A DNA stretch of 63,766 nucleotides, counting the filler, from Octopus bimaculoides (lineage: Eukaryota): NCBI RefSeq assembly GCF_001194135.2. It is 5 parts of 5 records of this genome, joined end to end, with 100 filler letters (N's around TTAATTAATTAA, not from the genome) between each part and the next. Parts side by side here need not be neighbours in the genome. Positions count along the whole stretch, not along the records: positions 1 to 17,525 come from NC_068987.1; positions 17,626 to 41,497 come from NC_068988.1; 3 more parts are not named here. One strand, 5' to 3'. The notes below the pieces were generated by a model, which made no database searches, had not been told where the DNA came from, and saw only the letters and a program-made list of their open reading frames with translations. The position numbers were made by a program, and so were the translations under genes. Within the stretch, counting starts at the first letter, position 1. Each line of letters opens with the position of its first letter. This document shows, in pieces, positions 13,821 through 27,556 of this stretch.

Positions 13821-15042
13821 GTATTTATGAATTAATGTTTTCCGCAAGTTTCCGACACATATGCATCCTTGCGAGTTGGTTAACGCTAGATAATTAAATG
13901 TAACATTGTATGGCATATCTATCTGTAAATAGCCACAAAACTTCATCGTAAATGTTACAGTACTGTTAATCTGATGTAGTATATTATGGGAATTAACAAA
14001 TAGGAAATAAATGAAGGTTATTAAATATACCATCCATCATATATGTACGTATTGCTTACAGCAACCGTAATATCAGTCTGCTACTTACATGCGGCGTAAT
14101 TAAGGATGAGCGTTCCATTTTGAAGTTTCTGAAATCCCCAACTGAAACGCAAGCAAACCTACATTATGTGCATATTTTCACAAAACTACTCAACCATTTC
14201 TATGAACATTGCATTTAAAATCGGAATAGAGTCTGATCAGCTTGAACTAGATTTTTAAATGGTACTACAGTTAATTATGATGTTTCTTTCTTTCCCTTTA
14301 TGTAATGTTTGCTGCACTTCAATACATTTAATTGTCAGAAAATTAATCGTAAATTATATTAACATACGCTTTTTTTCTTCGTATGAGAAGTAAATTAAAG
14401 ATCCTACGTAACATTCACGCCTGATCACATTTTCCTTTCTATCTCCTTTTTTTTAAATGCGGTATTATCTAAATTTCTTCAAGCAATATTAGGTACATGC
14501 TTTCTTTTCACATCTTTCTCAAATTATTTACACTTGACAAGAATAGAAGTAATTTTCCTTAATTGACACAAGAGATATTAAGCAGATAAATACATGTGTG
14601 AAATACAGAGATACTGCTTATTGTTCTTTTGTGAACATCTAAACGACTGCAAGAAGTCGTAATATACGACAGAAAGTGTCAGACAATCGGTTCTATGAGA
14701 CGGTTTTAGGTGAGGGATTAACCGAAACCTTAATACACATACATAAAAAAAAACATATCCATCCCACCCTATGCATATACAAACATAAGTACGCCTGTGT
14801 GTTTGTGTGTGTGTATTGTGTGTATGTGTGTGATTGTGTGTGTTTGTATGTGTGTGTATGTGTGTTTGTTTGTGTGTGTGTGTATGTGTGTGCATGTGTA
14901 TGAGTGAGTCTCTGCACGTGTGTGTTTGTATACGCGTGTGTGGTTGTGCGTGTATGGGTGTATTTGTGTGTGATTGTGTGTTTGTGCATGCGTATCTTTG
15001 TATGTGTTTTGATGTGTGTGTGTGTGTGTGTTCGTGTGTGTT

Positions 15043-15080
<38 letters not shown>

Positions 15081-15119
15081 AGTGTGTGTATACACATATA
15101 TAATGAGAGATAGACAGAC

Positions 15120-15640
15120 AACCAGCTAGACAGAGACCGATGTAGAATGTAAGTAACTGACAGGGGCCGAAATATTTCATAGTCATTATTAGATATGACA
15201 GCTTTGTAAGTGCTGCGCACTTTCCCAATGAGAATTCCCCGTCCTGAGTAAGGACGAACATTAGGGGCGAATGTAACTGTCCCAGCAAATGCTGCTCATG
15301 TTCAGATCAATGTGAAGCAGTATTCTTATCACGATACGAAACCTGTTTGAATATGGTGTTTTTGAAGGGACATGACCCAAATTGGGCATAGCTTTACTCC
15401 AGTACGCTCCCAGTGATCCTGTTCATAGTATCAGTGGAAGTTTGGCATTTGCTGTCTATGATGCGTGTGAGTGACATATAACTGGGGAAGGTTACTGAGG
15501 AATGAAGAGGCATATGATGCCCATATCTTTGAGAATTTCTGGATGTGTGCAAGACTGACGTTAGAAGACTGGTATAAACAAGATTCTTGTAGACTAAACA
15601 GAACACTGGAGTGTGCCAGAGTTGGCTGAAAGAGGGGCAA
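15120..15640. mobile_element. Possible decayed LINE fragment, orientation uncertain
   Basis: Higher-GC unique segment between microsatellites; minus strand has FRPLSVTYILHR (cf. RPISxT motif); many stops. Confidence 0.25.
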
Positions 15641-15704
15641 TGTATATATATATAAATATATAATACATATGTGTGTGTGTGTGTATGTATGTATATATAT
15701 ATAC

Positions 15705-15737
<33 letters not shown>

Positions 15738-15789
15738 AACATATATATATATATATGTGTGTGTATGTGCGCGTGTGTGTGTGTGTGTC

Positions 15790-16160
15790 GAGGTGCAATG
15801 GCTCAGTGGTTACGGCAGCGAACTCGCGGTCATAGGATCGTGGTTTCGATTCCGAGACCGGGCGTGTTTATTGAGGGAAAACACCTAAAGCCCCACGAGG
15901 CTCCGGCAGGGGATGGTGGCGAACCCTGCTGTACTCTTTCACCACAACTTTCTCTCACTCTTACTTTCTCTTTCTGTTGTGCCTGTAATTCAAAGGTTCA
16001 GCCTTGTCACACTCCGTGTCACGCTGAATATCTCCGAGAACTACGTTAAGGGTACACGTGTCTGTGGAGTGTTCAGCCACTCGCACGTTATTTTCACGAG
16101 TAGGCTGTTTCGTTGATCGGATCAACTGGAACCTTCGTCGTCGTAAGCGCTGGAGTGCAC

Positions 16161-16164
<4 letters not shown>
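15790..16164 (+). mobile_element. tRNA-derived SINE family C, full length
   Basis: tRNA-like head with A-box TGGCTCAGTGG and B-box GGTTTCGATTCC; near-identical copies at 19832 and 59341; flanked by (GT)n and (TA)n. Confidence 0.9.
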
Positions 16165-16199
<35 letters not shown>

Positions 16200-17525
16200 C
16201 TGTGATAACTTTGATAGGTTTCTGCCAACGTAGGCCCAGTCCATGTCTAATTTCATAGCACCACCTGGTGAAGTCGTTTAGTCATGTATGGGACACATTT
16301 ATAACACACGTTTGTGTTATAAAAGGAGTTGAAAGACGTTTATAAAATTGAAAGAAAAATGGAGAATGATGTCGTCAACAGAGGCAAGAATAAGTTTCAA
16401 AAAGATACATGCGAATATTTAGGAAGTAAAGGAAGACATCATTTTTTTAAAAAGTACGTTGCCAGTTTAGACAACTTGGATATGAATATTATTTCTTTTA
16501 GCGCAATATATTTTTCCTTCCTTTCCTTATTACTTTTAGTAGTATTTTTGTGCTTTTGGAATTGAATATTTATCATGTCCGTATCTAGGAAAGTAAACAT
16601 GGAAATGAATGCTTTGAGCCTGTACGAAACACAAATGGAAGCATAGAAACAACACGAGACTAGCAAGTGAGACTGGGTAGACAACAGAAATTGTTCTAAA
16701 ACAGATCGTTTGCATTATCCATGCAAGTTTCTGAGATTATCGATTCAAGCATTATGTTAAGTTACAAATATTTATATAACTTTCAGGTAGGGCGTTTCAT
16801 TTCTTTGAATACAGCGATTCTATTCATTAGTCGGCTGGACCACACACATATATGGAATCAACTAGAAACCTAAATATTGTACACACACACATACACACGC
16901 ACACGCTTGCACACACCCACCTGCACACACACTTACACACACACACACACACACACACACACTCATACATGCACACACACACACATACATGCACACACAT
17001 ACAGATGAACACGCTCACGCATATATCAGATACTGTATGTACAAACAGATGTGCATCTTCTACTCTTATCTTTAGATATCCACAGAGATTTTCATGTTCC
17101 AGTCTGCTTGTAGAGAACTAATGGACATTATTTCTCTGTAACATAATGTATTGAAGTATCCCCTGCTGATACGCTCTACTTCAGCATTGCTAATGCAAAT
17201 GAAACATCCAGAGCAGGATTCCAAAGCACCAAAAATTGAAACGTTCGTAGGAAGTAATAATATGAACTCATGTTTCTGCTAATTTCTCATCACCCTGAAA
17301 TCCGGATACGTTCGTGCTGCAGATCGAGGTGAGAGGGATAACTTCCCTTGGCAAACAGGACACAGTCGTGTGTCGATAAGCCAGCTGGAGGAGATGTCCT
17401 CCTGGGGCTTAAAGCAACAGTAACATCCACCCCTAGGGGTCAGCCACACTTAAGTGGCAATATACTACACTTTATCGTGCAGTTACTGTTAATACTTCAT
17501 TTAGAGAATTAACATTGCTTATATA

Positions 17526-17625
17526 NNNNNNNNNNNNNNNNNNNNNNNNNNNNNNNNNNNNNNNNNNNNTTAATTAATTAANNNNNNNNNNNNNNNNNNN
17601 NNNNNNNNNNNNNNNNNNNNNNNNN
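17526..17625. other. Artificial 100-bp scaffold-join spacer (44N + TTAATTAATTAA + 44N)
   Basis: Counted 44N, 12 bp, 44N; the palindromic 12-mer gives stops in all six frames; four identical copies in the window. Confidence 0.92.
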
Positions 17626-17750
17626 GAGTGAACTGAAGCAACGTGAAATAAAATGTCTTGCTCAAGAACACAACACGCAACCCGCTCCGGGAATCGAAAT
17701 CGCAGCCTCACGATCGTAAGCTCGATGCTCTAACCACTGAGCCATGAGCC

Positions 17751-17754
<4 letters not shown>
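17626..17754 (-). mobile_element. tRNA-derived SINE family D, 5' part
   Basis: Reverse complement gtgaaggctcatggctcagtggttagagcatcg...ttcgattcccgg (A and B boxes); related to 39245. Confidence 0.8.
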
Positions 17755-17817
<63 letters not shown>

Positions 17818-18199
17818 GCTATACATATACATATATATTTATATTTATATATATATATGCATATAAACACACGCACACATATAAATACACGGACACACAT
17901 ATGTATACATACATACATGCACGCGTATATATAAGTATGCCCATGTATAGAGCTATATGGACACGTCTGTTTGTGTATATGCGTGATTATCTCCCGAACT
18001 GAGTTTCACACCCTGGTTGCCTTCAGGCGATACCTGCTGCAGTTTGATTCGGTTATATTTGATGGCATATTTATATTCGCTACTGTCTATGTGATGATTT
18101 CTTTCTACCGCTTCGCTGGCTTGTTTGTTTTTTGTCTCCTGAATGCTTGTTACTTTTGTGCCTATTGAAACCCAATATATTCATACGAGACTACAATTA

Positions 18200-18480
18200 T
18201 ATGAAATATAACCGTTATATGGAATCTACCTAAAAGATATTGTTCAAGAAGCAACAGTATCAAAGAGCTGCCAAATCCTCACCCCCAAAATTATATCGAT
18301 ATTTATTACGAATAGAACATTTAAACAGATAAAATGCAGATACTTGAACATGTACAAAATAAAGATAGCTCAGGAACGTGTACGACCATATCCGAAAATT
18401 AATGGAGACATGGACTACCATATAAAATGGTAGATAATAGACACAGAAATATTCCACGTAATCACACGAAGGAATACACG
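18200..18480 (+). mobile_element. Penelope-like element GIY-YIG endonuclease relic
   Basis: PLYGIYLKDIVQEATV..NYIDI..RTFKQ..GDMDYHIKW*IID resembles PLE CPL.G.CL.K.IVY.ATV..YIG..TFKQR..Y.IKW.I. Confidence 0.5.
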
Positions 18481-19565
18481 CATGCTCGGCCATACACGTA
18501 TAGATTTGCGCGTTAAAGAAGAGGAATGAAATTAGCTAATAGGTTTAATTTCAACAACTGTATTTTGTTCGAGCAAGACAAGACAACTATAGTTGCTCTA
18601 CATGATAAACATACGCCATAAATGGAGATGCAAAATAACCTGGCCACAAAACTCACACCCATATGAAATGCAGATATTTACTACACACATATTTACAGCA
18701 GGAAACCAGAATATGCCTCGGCTTGATTAGGCTCCCATAGAAATTAAGCCACAAACAACCGGTATGAATTTTATAAGCAAAACATTTCTCATAGACTTAC
18801 ACTAAATCAATTCGCAGACAAACCCAGGCCAGTATACGTACGTGCGCTGAACAAACGAACTGGGACATAAACATTATACACAAAACAACAACAAACAATG
18901 AACAAAGCATACATTCTCACATACACACGAAAGCAAACATACTTGATGATTAATAGTTTAAACGACACACACTCTATCGAAACAAACCAAGAAGAAATTT
19001 TTAATTTGTTTAACTGCCAAATTCAATAAACCTCGCCGATTTCTCCACCCAATAAAGATATATTAATCCTTCATTCTTGGCCAAAACAAGATTGAAAACA
19101 CATTATCAAAATCAAATCAACCATGAAATACCATTAATGACAGACACACCTAAACATTTCAATAATGAAATAATTCCTATATATTTTTTTCTATCCTTTA
19201 TGTGTTTCAATAAATCTGACTATTTCCACCTTTCTCGAGTACTGTCATAAAGGGTTTACTCGACCTAATTCTCATGAATACGTATTTTGCCTCAGGGCTC
19301 ATTTACGGGAACAGGGTACATAAACGAGCACCGGTTGTCAGCGGTGGTAAAGGAAAATATAGATCAGAAATATGTACTCATACACAAACGCACGTTTTTG
19401 TGTGTGTTTGTGTGTTTGTGTGTATGCCCGCGTGTGCGTTTGTCTGTGTGTATATGTATGTAGACACGCACGCACGCACACACACACCGACACATACACA
19501 CACATAGATATATACACAAGCCGGTCATATTGTAAAACTGGTGTTCGTCTCTATCTTCGATATAT

Positions 19566-19622
<57 letters not shown>

Positions 19623-19831
19623 NNNNNNNNNNNNNNNNNNNNNNNNNNNNNNNNNNNNNNNNNNNNNNNNNNNNNNNNNNNNNNNNNNNNNNNNNNNNNN
19701 NNNNNNNNNNNNNNNNNNNNNNNNNNNNNNNNNNNNNNNNNNNNNNNNNNNNNNNNNNNNNNNNNNNNNNNNNNNNNNNNNNNNNNNNNNNNNNNNNNNN
19801 NNNNNNNNNNNNNNNNNNNNNNNNNNNNNNN

Positions 19832-20204
19832 CTCCATCGCTTACGACGACGAGGGTTCCAGTTGATCCGATTAACGGAACAGCCTGCTCGTGAAATTAAC
19901 GTGCAAGTGGCTGAGCACTCCACTGACACGTGTACCCTTAACCTAGTTCTCGGGGATATTCAGCGTGACACAGTGTGACAAGGCTGACACCTTTGAAATA
20001 CAAGTACAACAGAAACAGGAAGAAAGATTGAGAGAAAACTGTGGTGAAAGAGTACAGCAGGGTTCGCCACCATCCCCTGCCGGAGCCTCGTGGAGCTTTA
20101 GGTGGTTTCGCTCAATAAACACACACAACGCCCGGTCTGGTAATCGAAACCGAGACCCTATGACCGCGAGTCCGCTGCCCTTACCACTGGGCCATTGCGC
20201 CTCC
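19832..20204 (-). mobile_element. tRNA-derived SINE family C, near full length
   Basis: Reverse complement of the 15790 copy; 3' end at the N gap. Confidence 0.9.
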
Positions 20205-20871
20205 ACATCCGGAGTTGTTGAAGAATCAATTGACCAATGTGCCATACTGTAGAATTTTACCCAAAAGCACATAGTCACAACATGAGCTTCCTGTCCACCA
20301 GTTTCATCGTAAAATTCGGAAGGCCTACAACAATAGACACACAAGAACATATATTTTTTTTCAAACACCTCTAGCCACGTATAAAAATAAAAATACCTCC
20401 ACCAAATCATTCTAACCAGAAAAAAAACTGAGTAAATACGCATCCCAATACATTAAGACCATAAAAATATTAAGTAAAACACATTAACTATACAGAACCT
20501 TTTTTCAGTGAATATGAGGTAACACTGATCACACAAATAGATGGTTATAAGATATAAAATATAACAACCAAACAAAGCGCAAAAAGAAAATCAATGAACT
20601 GTTACAAACACCTTCTCAACTATAAATACATCGCCAAACAAAAGTGTAACATTTCTTTCCTGAAGAATACGGTCTTGTGGAATTCACATTGAGAGATCAA
20701 CATTCAATCGCAATAAGCTACATATTCTATAGACCCTTAGTACCTGCTGTTATTACCAGTTCAAATATTCTAATACCACGTTTGGATTTGTAAACAAGGT
20801 ATTCACTCTGTTTGGTAACAGAGAACATTTCTCGCTGTGGATTAACGATGTAAATACATCTATATCAGCTT

Positions 20872-20944
20872 GCAGCGCCACCTATCCAGCGCAGCGCCAC
20901 CTATCCAGCTCAGCGCCACCTATCCAGCGCAGCGCCACCTATCT
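20872..20944. repeat. 19-bp tandem repeat GCAGCGCCACCTATCCAGC about 3.8 copies
   Basis: Units start at 20872, 20891, 20910 and 20929. Confidence 0.95.
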
Positions 20945-21374
20945 TGACTGTGTCCACAGCCACAAGTTTTCTCTGATAAAACATAGTGAATGGCTTGTTT
21001 ACAAGTCTGAACACGCTTATTGGAACATTCGAATAGGTAATAACATTGCATTTATACATAACACTGCTTAGCGCTCCCAGCCCGTGACTTAATACTTGTC
21101 TATCATCCATTCCTCAAAATTCAGCAATTCAATGTGTGGATGCTTACAACACACAGACACACGCACAAACACACACACACACACTTACATACGTATGCAT
21201 GTATACACACACTCATACAAATATTTACATACAACAACAACACCTTCACCCTCACCGGCATTGGCGATACCGTTACCGCCGCCGCCTCCAGCGACGCCAA
21301 ACCCCAGCAGTCCCAGCTCTAACAATAACGAAGTCAGCAGCAGTAAAAACAGCAACACCAGCAGATTCAGACAC

Positions 21375-21660
21375 AGCGCCGACAGTACATGTCCATGCGG
21401 ATACAATGGATGATCTGGAAACTCATTCAAACAACGTCTCTCCAACCACAGGTTCACCTTCAGATGTCCGGAAAGGAGATACGTAACAACCCTGGCCAGC
21501 CATGTCTGGCAACTGAGAGATGATGGGTTTCCATACACGATCTCATGGAAAATCTCCGAGAACCCAAGCCACTACATCAAAAGGACAAACACTTGCAAAT
21601 TATGCATAGCTGAACAGGCGAGAATCCTACAGGACTCTCTCGAACTAGGATCATCCTTAA
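21375..21660 (+). mobile_element. Penelope-like element GIY-YIG C-terminal fragment
   Basis: GNSFKQRLSNHRFTFR..TTLASHVWQLRDDGFPYTISWKI..Y....CKLCIAE matches the PLE GIY-YIG tail pattern; in-frame stop at its start. Confidence 0.75.
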
Positions 21661-22980
21661 CTTGGCGCTTGTGTGTGTATACATACACATGTAGACCTCT
21701 GTGTGTGTGTGTGTGTGTAAGAATGTATATGTATATATGTATACATGCGTATATATTTATTACCTTTAAATAGTATGTGAAATTAGTAGACGCGCTCTTA
21801 AACAATTATGACATGATGTTAAAATCGTCGAGAAATAATATTTATTAACAGTTTCTCTTTAATAAACATCGGTATCTTTTAATCGCAATATTTTTCACAC
21901 AAATACAGAATTGGTGCAATATAGAAAATATAGAGTTTACTTCACTTTAGTGTTGCACACATTTTTTCCCCTCATTCGATTTAATTAAATTCTTTTAACA
22001 TGTCTGTCTTCGTTTTTAAATGGAACTTTTCGTCTTTTTCAATATCTGGTGTTATTGTCTTAATATTTTAAATCATTTTTTTATTATTCCAATTTCTCTG
22101 TGATCTAAACACTTCTACCACCTACGTTAATATCCACAATGGAAAATATCTCCGTTTATTTACGAGTTCATTGAGGAAAAGCACTTTGATGGTATATACT
22201 ATCGTGTGCAGGCAAAAACGACTTGTACTCTTCATTTTAAGTTAATACAATGTCTATCATGTGCACTCTTCTATAAAAAATATGTTATATATTTAAGCAT
22301 AATAAAATGGGATCTTGTAAATTTGTGATTATTGTTTTAATTTGGAAAGGCAAAATATAGGTTATTCTTACAGCAGAAATTAATGGAAAAGTATGTAAGT
22401 ACACTTCTTCAGTGAGCAAGTAAATAAGGAATAAACATGTGACCACAAACACTTCTCGTACAGGGTAAAAGCATCATTACGGCGCACACTTATTGCAATT
22501 TACATTCTGAACGGTATGTCTAATATAGCAATTTTCATTGTGTAAATTGTGACGTAATTATCGTCACTAATCAAAGATTCAAGAATCAGAAGATATAAAC
22601 ATTAGGTTCATCTGCAATTATGGTAAATAAATTCTCTTTATATCATTTACTAAGGGATTAGAAATTATAGTAGATAATCACTTCTGATATTAAGAGAAAT
22701 TTTTCATTAAAGCTATGATTTATATTAAATTTACAGAATATTTTTTATTTCGTTCGGAGAATATTGGTAAAATATGAACAAAAAAGGATTGCTGCTTGTA
22801 TAAGCGTTGTCGAGATCATATTTGTAGATAAGTTAATTTCAAGTCAATTCATGCAGATTCATAGAGGCGCTTAAACCTGCCGTGATCCACAACAATGTAA
22901 GTCATTCAGTCTCTCTTTCTCTGACTCTCTCTCTCACGCACATACACAGACAAATACACACACACATACTCACATGCATG

Positions 22981-23027
<47 letters not shown>

Positions 23028-23377
23028 CAGTAGTGCGAAACAGAGTTTATGTTAAGGAGATACGTCTTAAAAACACATGAAGAGACACATCTACACTGAG
23101 GGATACACCTAAATTAGTTGTCTAGTATCCCACCCGTGAGAGATCGATGCTAGATGGGTTGAAACAGTTGTAGTGATCATAAAGAGTCTCATATCTGTCA
23201 TCATCTATCTCTCTCATTATTTGCTTTTATATATATATATATNNNNNNNNNNNNNNNNNNNNNNNNNNNNNNNNNNNNNNNNNNNNNNNNNNNNNNNNNN
23301 NNNNNNNNNNNNNNNNNNNNNNNNNNNNNNNNNNNNNNNNNNNNNNNNNNNNNNNNNNNNNNNNNNNNNNNNNNNNN

Positions 23378-23424
<47 letters not shown>

Positions 23425-25104
23425 TTGTGAGCGTTTGTACGTACGTATGAGTGTACCTAGAAGAAGTATTTTGTAGCCGACATATTGATACAAAGTAGCT
23501 TTAATAACAGCCCGCTCAATGTAAATGTGGATTAAAGTTTGTGTAGGTATGTGAGCACGGGCACAGCTGCACAAGCGTCTGCGTTGGAGAGAGCCTATGT
23601 GTAAGTATACGCTAATATAAGCATAAGTGTTTGTTTTAATTTTGAAAATGACATCAGCGAATTTTGTTTTCAGCCTTAGGTTTTCCTAATGAAATCCGTA
23701 GTTTTCGTATAATAGCCTTCGAGCTAGTGTCTGCAGTCATTCGTTTCACGCATTGTGCCTTTTTTAAATAATTACCAATTAAATTGCTGATAATATTCGC
23801 CATAGATATTTTATCAACGAAACGTTAATATTACTAAGACACCCACAGAGATAAATGAAACTTGACGTCCCAGAATTCCACTTTTAGCACCTGTGTTTCG
23901 TAACTCTTCCGACAATAAAAGCAGAACTTTCTTTCACAGTAAACGATTTATTCTACTGTGTTTATCTCTCGCCCACACATTTTATTCATTATCATTACAA
24001 TATAGACGTAATATTTCTATTACAATAAACTTCTAAAAATTAATTTCACCAGACTTTACGTTTTTTATCTTGTTAAATATTTTTTCGATATCATAACCGA
24101 TGCGATGGTGAACCACAATCTTTATAAATTTTAAAGAAATACTTTTACACTATTTAATCCATCACAGTTATCTTTAGACAATAATATTTAATCTGTAACC
24201 GCTCAGTCATTATTAAAATTTATATGTATAGTAGAAACCGAAATCAAATTATATTATACGTATAAATGGAAATAAATGTATGCAGTGTGCATGGAGCCAC
24301 ATATATATGACACTTTTACAGGAATTTCAAAGGCAAAGTAAAGGAAAAGGGAAAAGTTATGATAACATCTTGATTGCATAAATAGAATGTAACTCAAGAT
24401 TAATAGCGTAGAGTACGAATTGGATTTGCATTGCCTCATCTTACAAAAGTGTGATTCTTATATCTTACGAGTAGAAACGAAACACTGAAGGTATTAATTA
24501 GTTGACGAAGTAGGGCGATAAAATTAATGAGCAATGTGGAATTTTTCAAAGCCTTCTTAATCATTCACTGATGAAGAGGTTTAATGGAATAAAAGCAATC
24601 CCAACGGAAAGGATGACTGTTTGAATAAATTTGTTATAGATGTACTGTTCTGCGATTAGTATGAGCTGATATCAAGATGTGTATATGGATACAGGGTTGC
24701 TATTATGATTCTACCGCTGAGATTACGTACATTTATGGGGCAATGATTTGTTTACTGTAAGACGATGATTATGCTTACATGTGTCTAGATTTCTGCAGAT
24801 ATACATTGTATACTCTTGTAAAATGTATTGATGTATTAAAGGTATCTGTGAAGCTAAAACTGACATGTTCAACATTTTGCGCTCATTATTCTTGTCATTC
24901 CTAATGTCTAGTGACATGTAATGATTATCAATGTTTTTGAATTAGACGTGTCAGTAAAATATATATTTTTCGCGAAGTGCTGATATGTCGGGTAGAGAAA
25001 AGAGTGCTGTACTTATAAGAAAAATAAGCATGGAAAAATCAACTTAAACGTGTGCTCGTGTTTTCAGACGTATATTTTTGAGTCTCAATATGCCATCCGC
25101 GCGC

Positions 25105-25202
<98 letters not shown>

Positions 25203-25437
25203 TACGCAAGGTCATAATCGCATATGTACATACATATTTATACATTACACACACACACACATCTACACATGTACATATATCATTCATTTGAGTAAGTGAT
25301 CGATATGGCAATATGTTCTTTTTCAAGTTGGTCGTTATTTGTTCTAGTGAATATATGTGTGTATGTGTGTGTTTTTGTGTTCATGCATATACATGTATAT
25401 ATGTATGTATATATAAGTATATGCATATTCGTGTGTG

Positions 25438-25475
<38 letters not shown>

Positions 25476-26377
25476 NNNNNNNNNNNNNNNNNNNNNNNNN
25501 NNNNNNNNNNNNNNNNNNNNNNNNNNNNNNNNNNNNNNNNNNNNNNNNNNNNNNNNNNNNNNNNNNNNNNNNNNNNNNNNNNNNNNNNNNNNNNNNNNNN
25601 NNNNNNNNNNNNNNNNNNNNNNNNNNNNNNNNNNNNNNNNNNNNNNNNNNNNNNNNNNNNNNNNNNNNNNNNNNNNNNNNNNNNNNNNNNNNNNNNNNNN
25701 NNNNNNNNNNNNNNNNNNNNNNNNNNNNNNNNNNNNNNNNNNNNNNNNNNNNNNNNNNNNNNNNNNNNNNNNNNNNNNNNNNNNNNNNNNNNNNNNNNNN
25801 NNNNNNNNNNNNNNNNNNNNNNNNNNNNNNNNNNNNNNNNNNNNNNNNNNNNNNNNNNNNNNNNNNNNNNNNNNNNNNNNNNNNNNNNNNNNNNNNNNNN
25901 NNNNNNNNNNNNNNNNNNNNNNNNNNNNNNNNNNNNNNNNNNNNNNNNNNNNNNNNNNNNNNNNNNNNNNNNNNNNNNNNNNNNNNNNNNNNNNNNNNNN
26001 NNNNNNNNNNNNNNNNNNNNNNNNNNNNNNNNNNNNNNNNNNNNNNNNNNNNNNNNNNNNNNNNNNNNNNNNNNNNNNNNNNNNNNNNNNNNNNNNNNNN
26101 NNNNNNNNNNNNNNNNNNNNNNNNNNNNNNNNNNNNNNNNNNNNNNNNNNNNNNNNNNNNNNNNNNNNNNNNNNNNNNNNNNNNNNNNNNNNNNNNNNNN
26201 NNNNNNNNNNNNNNNNNNNNNNNNNNNNNNNNNNNNNNNNNNNNNNNNNNNNNNNNNNNNNNNNNNNNNNNNNNNNNNNNNNNNNNNNNNNNNNNNNNNN
26301 NNNNNNNNNNNNNNNNNNNNNNNNNNNNNNNNNNNNNNNNNNNNNNNNNNNNNNNNNNNNNNNNNNNNNNNNNNNNN

Positions 26378-26433
<56 letters not shown>

Positions 26434-26794
26434 GAAACTGAAAATATGAAGTAATGATATAACACTACTTGGAATGTGAAGTTATGGCGAAGGTAACGTA
26501 TGATCTAGTTGAAGTCTTGGGAGACGACGAATTTACAATCTGCCAGTTTGAAAATGCATCAAACACCTCCATTTTAATGTTGAAGTCCATTAACCTTCAA
26601 ATAAATTGTATGTATAAGCTTATACTATAAGAGAAATGAGGATACTGATGAAACGCTGTTACATCCACCGCATATACACATACATGGCCGCCTCAGATTC
26701 ACAATTATTTAATGTATGTCAGTGTATTTACATAAATACATACATATATGTGTGAATGTGTGTGTATGTGTCTGTATGTGCGTATCTTTGTTCT

Positions 26795-26990
26795 CTATTT
26801 TTTTACTTGCTTTACTGCCTACCATGCTGGGATTTTAGTGGAACAAATCGACCCCCAGGAGGGTTTTTAAAGCCTACTTATGCGATCAGTGTCTTTTGTC
26901 AAACCGCTAAGTTACACTGACGTAAACATCCCAATACTAGTTGTCAAGTGGTGACGGGGGGGGGGGGAAACACAGACACAAAGGCACTCA
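26795..26990 (-). mobile_element. SINE family B, 3' portion
   Basis: aaatcgaccccagg..aaaccgctaagttac..gacgtaaac..gttgtcaag is the reverse complement of 43600-43766. Confidence 0.65.
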
Positions 26991-27514
26991 AACACAGATA
27001 CAAAGACACACACAAACACACATAGACGTTATGTGAATCGTTAGCGATTTTCTTCCTCTGTCTTCCTTGCTATTTGACTTTCCTCTGTTTCTGAAAAAGA
27101 GCGCTGCTCTTAACGTAAAACTACCTGCTACGAACTCTTCGTATCGGTTTGATTATGTTTGTGAAATTTAGCGGTTCAACGACATATACAAATGAAATAT
27201 GAGTGATAAATATCCACACACTCACACATACACACACACGCACACATACATCAAGTAGCCGCTGTCTATGAAGAATCATTATGAACATTCGCTCTCCAGA
27301 CTTTTGGGGTTATTTGTTAAATTTATTTATCCTCGTGCTCTCTCCTGCATAAAAATGCCGTAATTGGTGCGATGCCTTAAAACTACTTGTACGTCCTTTT
27401 TATATTATGGTATATATATATATATAGGAGGGAGAATGTACGAAAAAAACAACAACAACAGACGAGGACAGGTGCTGTAAACAACAAAAGGCTGTATTAG
27501 TTTGAGGCTCGGGA

Positions 27515-27556
<42 letters not shown>

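Noticed and set aside
14578-15288. HT/CV/YI/LS/RE-repeat ORFs throughout the track
   Set aside because: Translations of (CA), (TA), (GA) and (TATC) microsatellites; no coding evidence.
15790-15865. SINE heads (also 17680-17754, 41255-41302, 55984-56055) as functional tRNA genes
   Set aside because: They continue into repeat bodies, lack a full cloverleaf by eye and lack an adjacent T-run terminator.
17570-17581. TTAATTAATTAA as a conserved homeodomain-binding motif
   Set aside because: Always centred in exactly 44+44 N; synthetic spacer.
25296-26465. Long ORFs of 330-380 aa here, and likewise at 29338-29819, 49184-50411, 55951-56898 and 58670-59419
   Set aside because: They consist of X residues from N gaps plus microsatellite translations.
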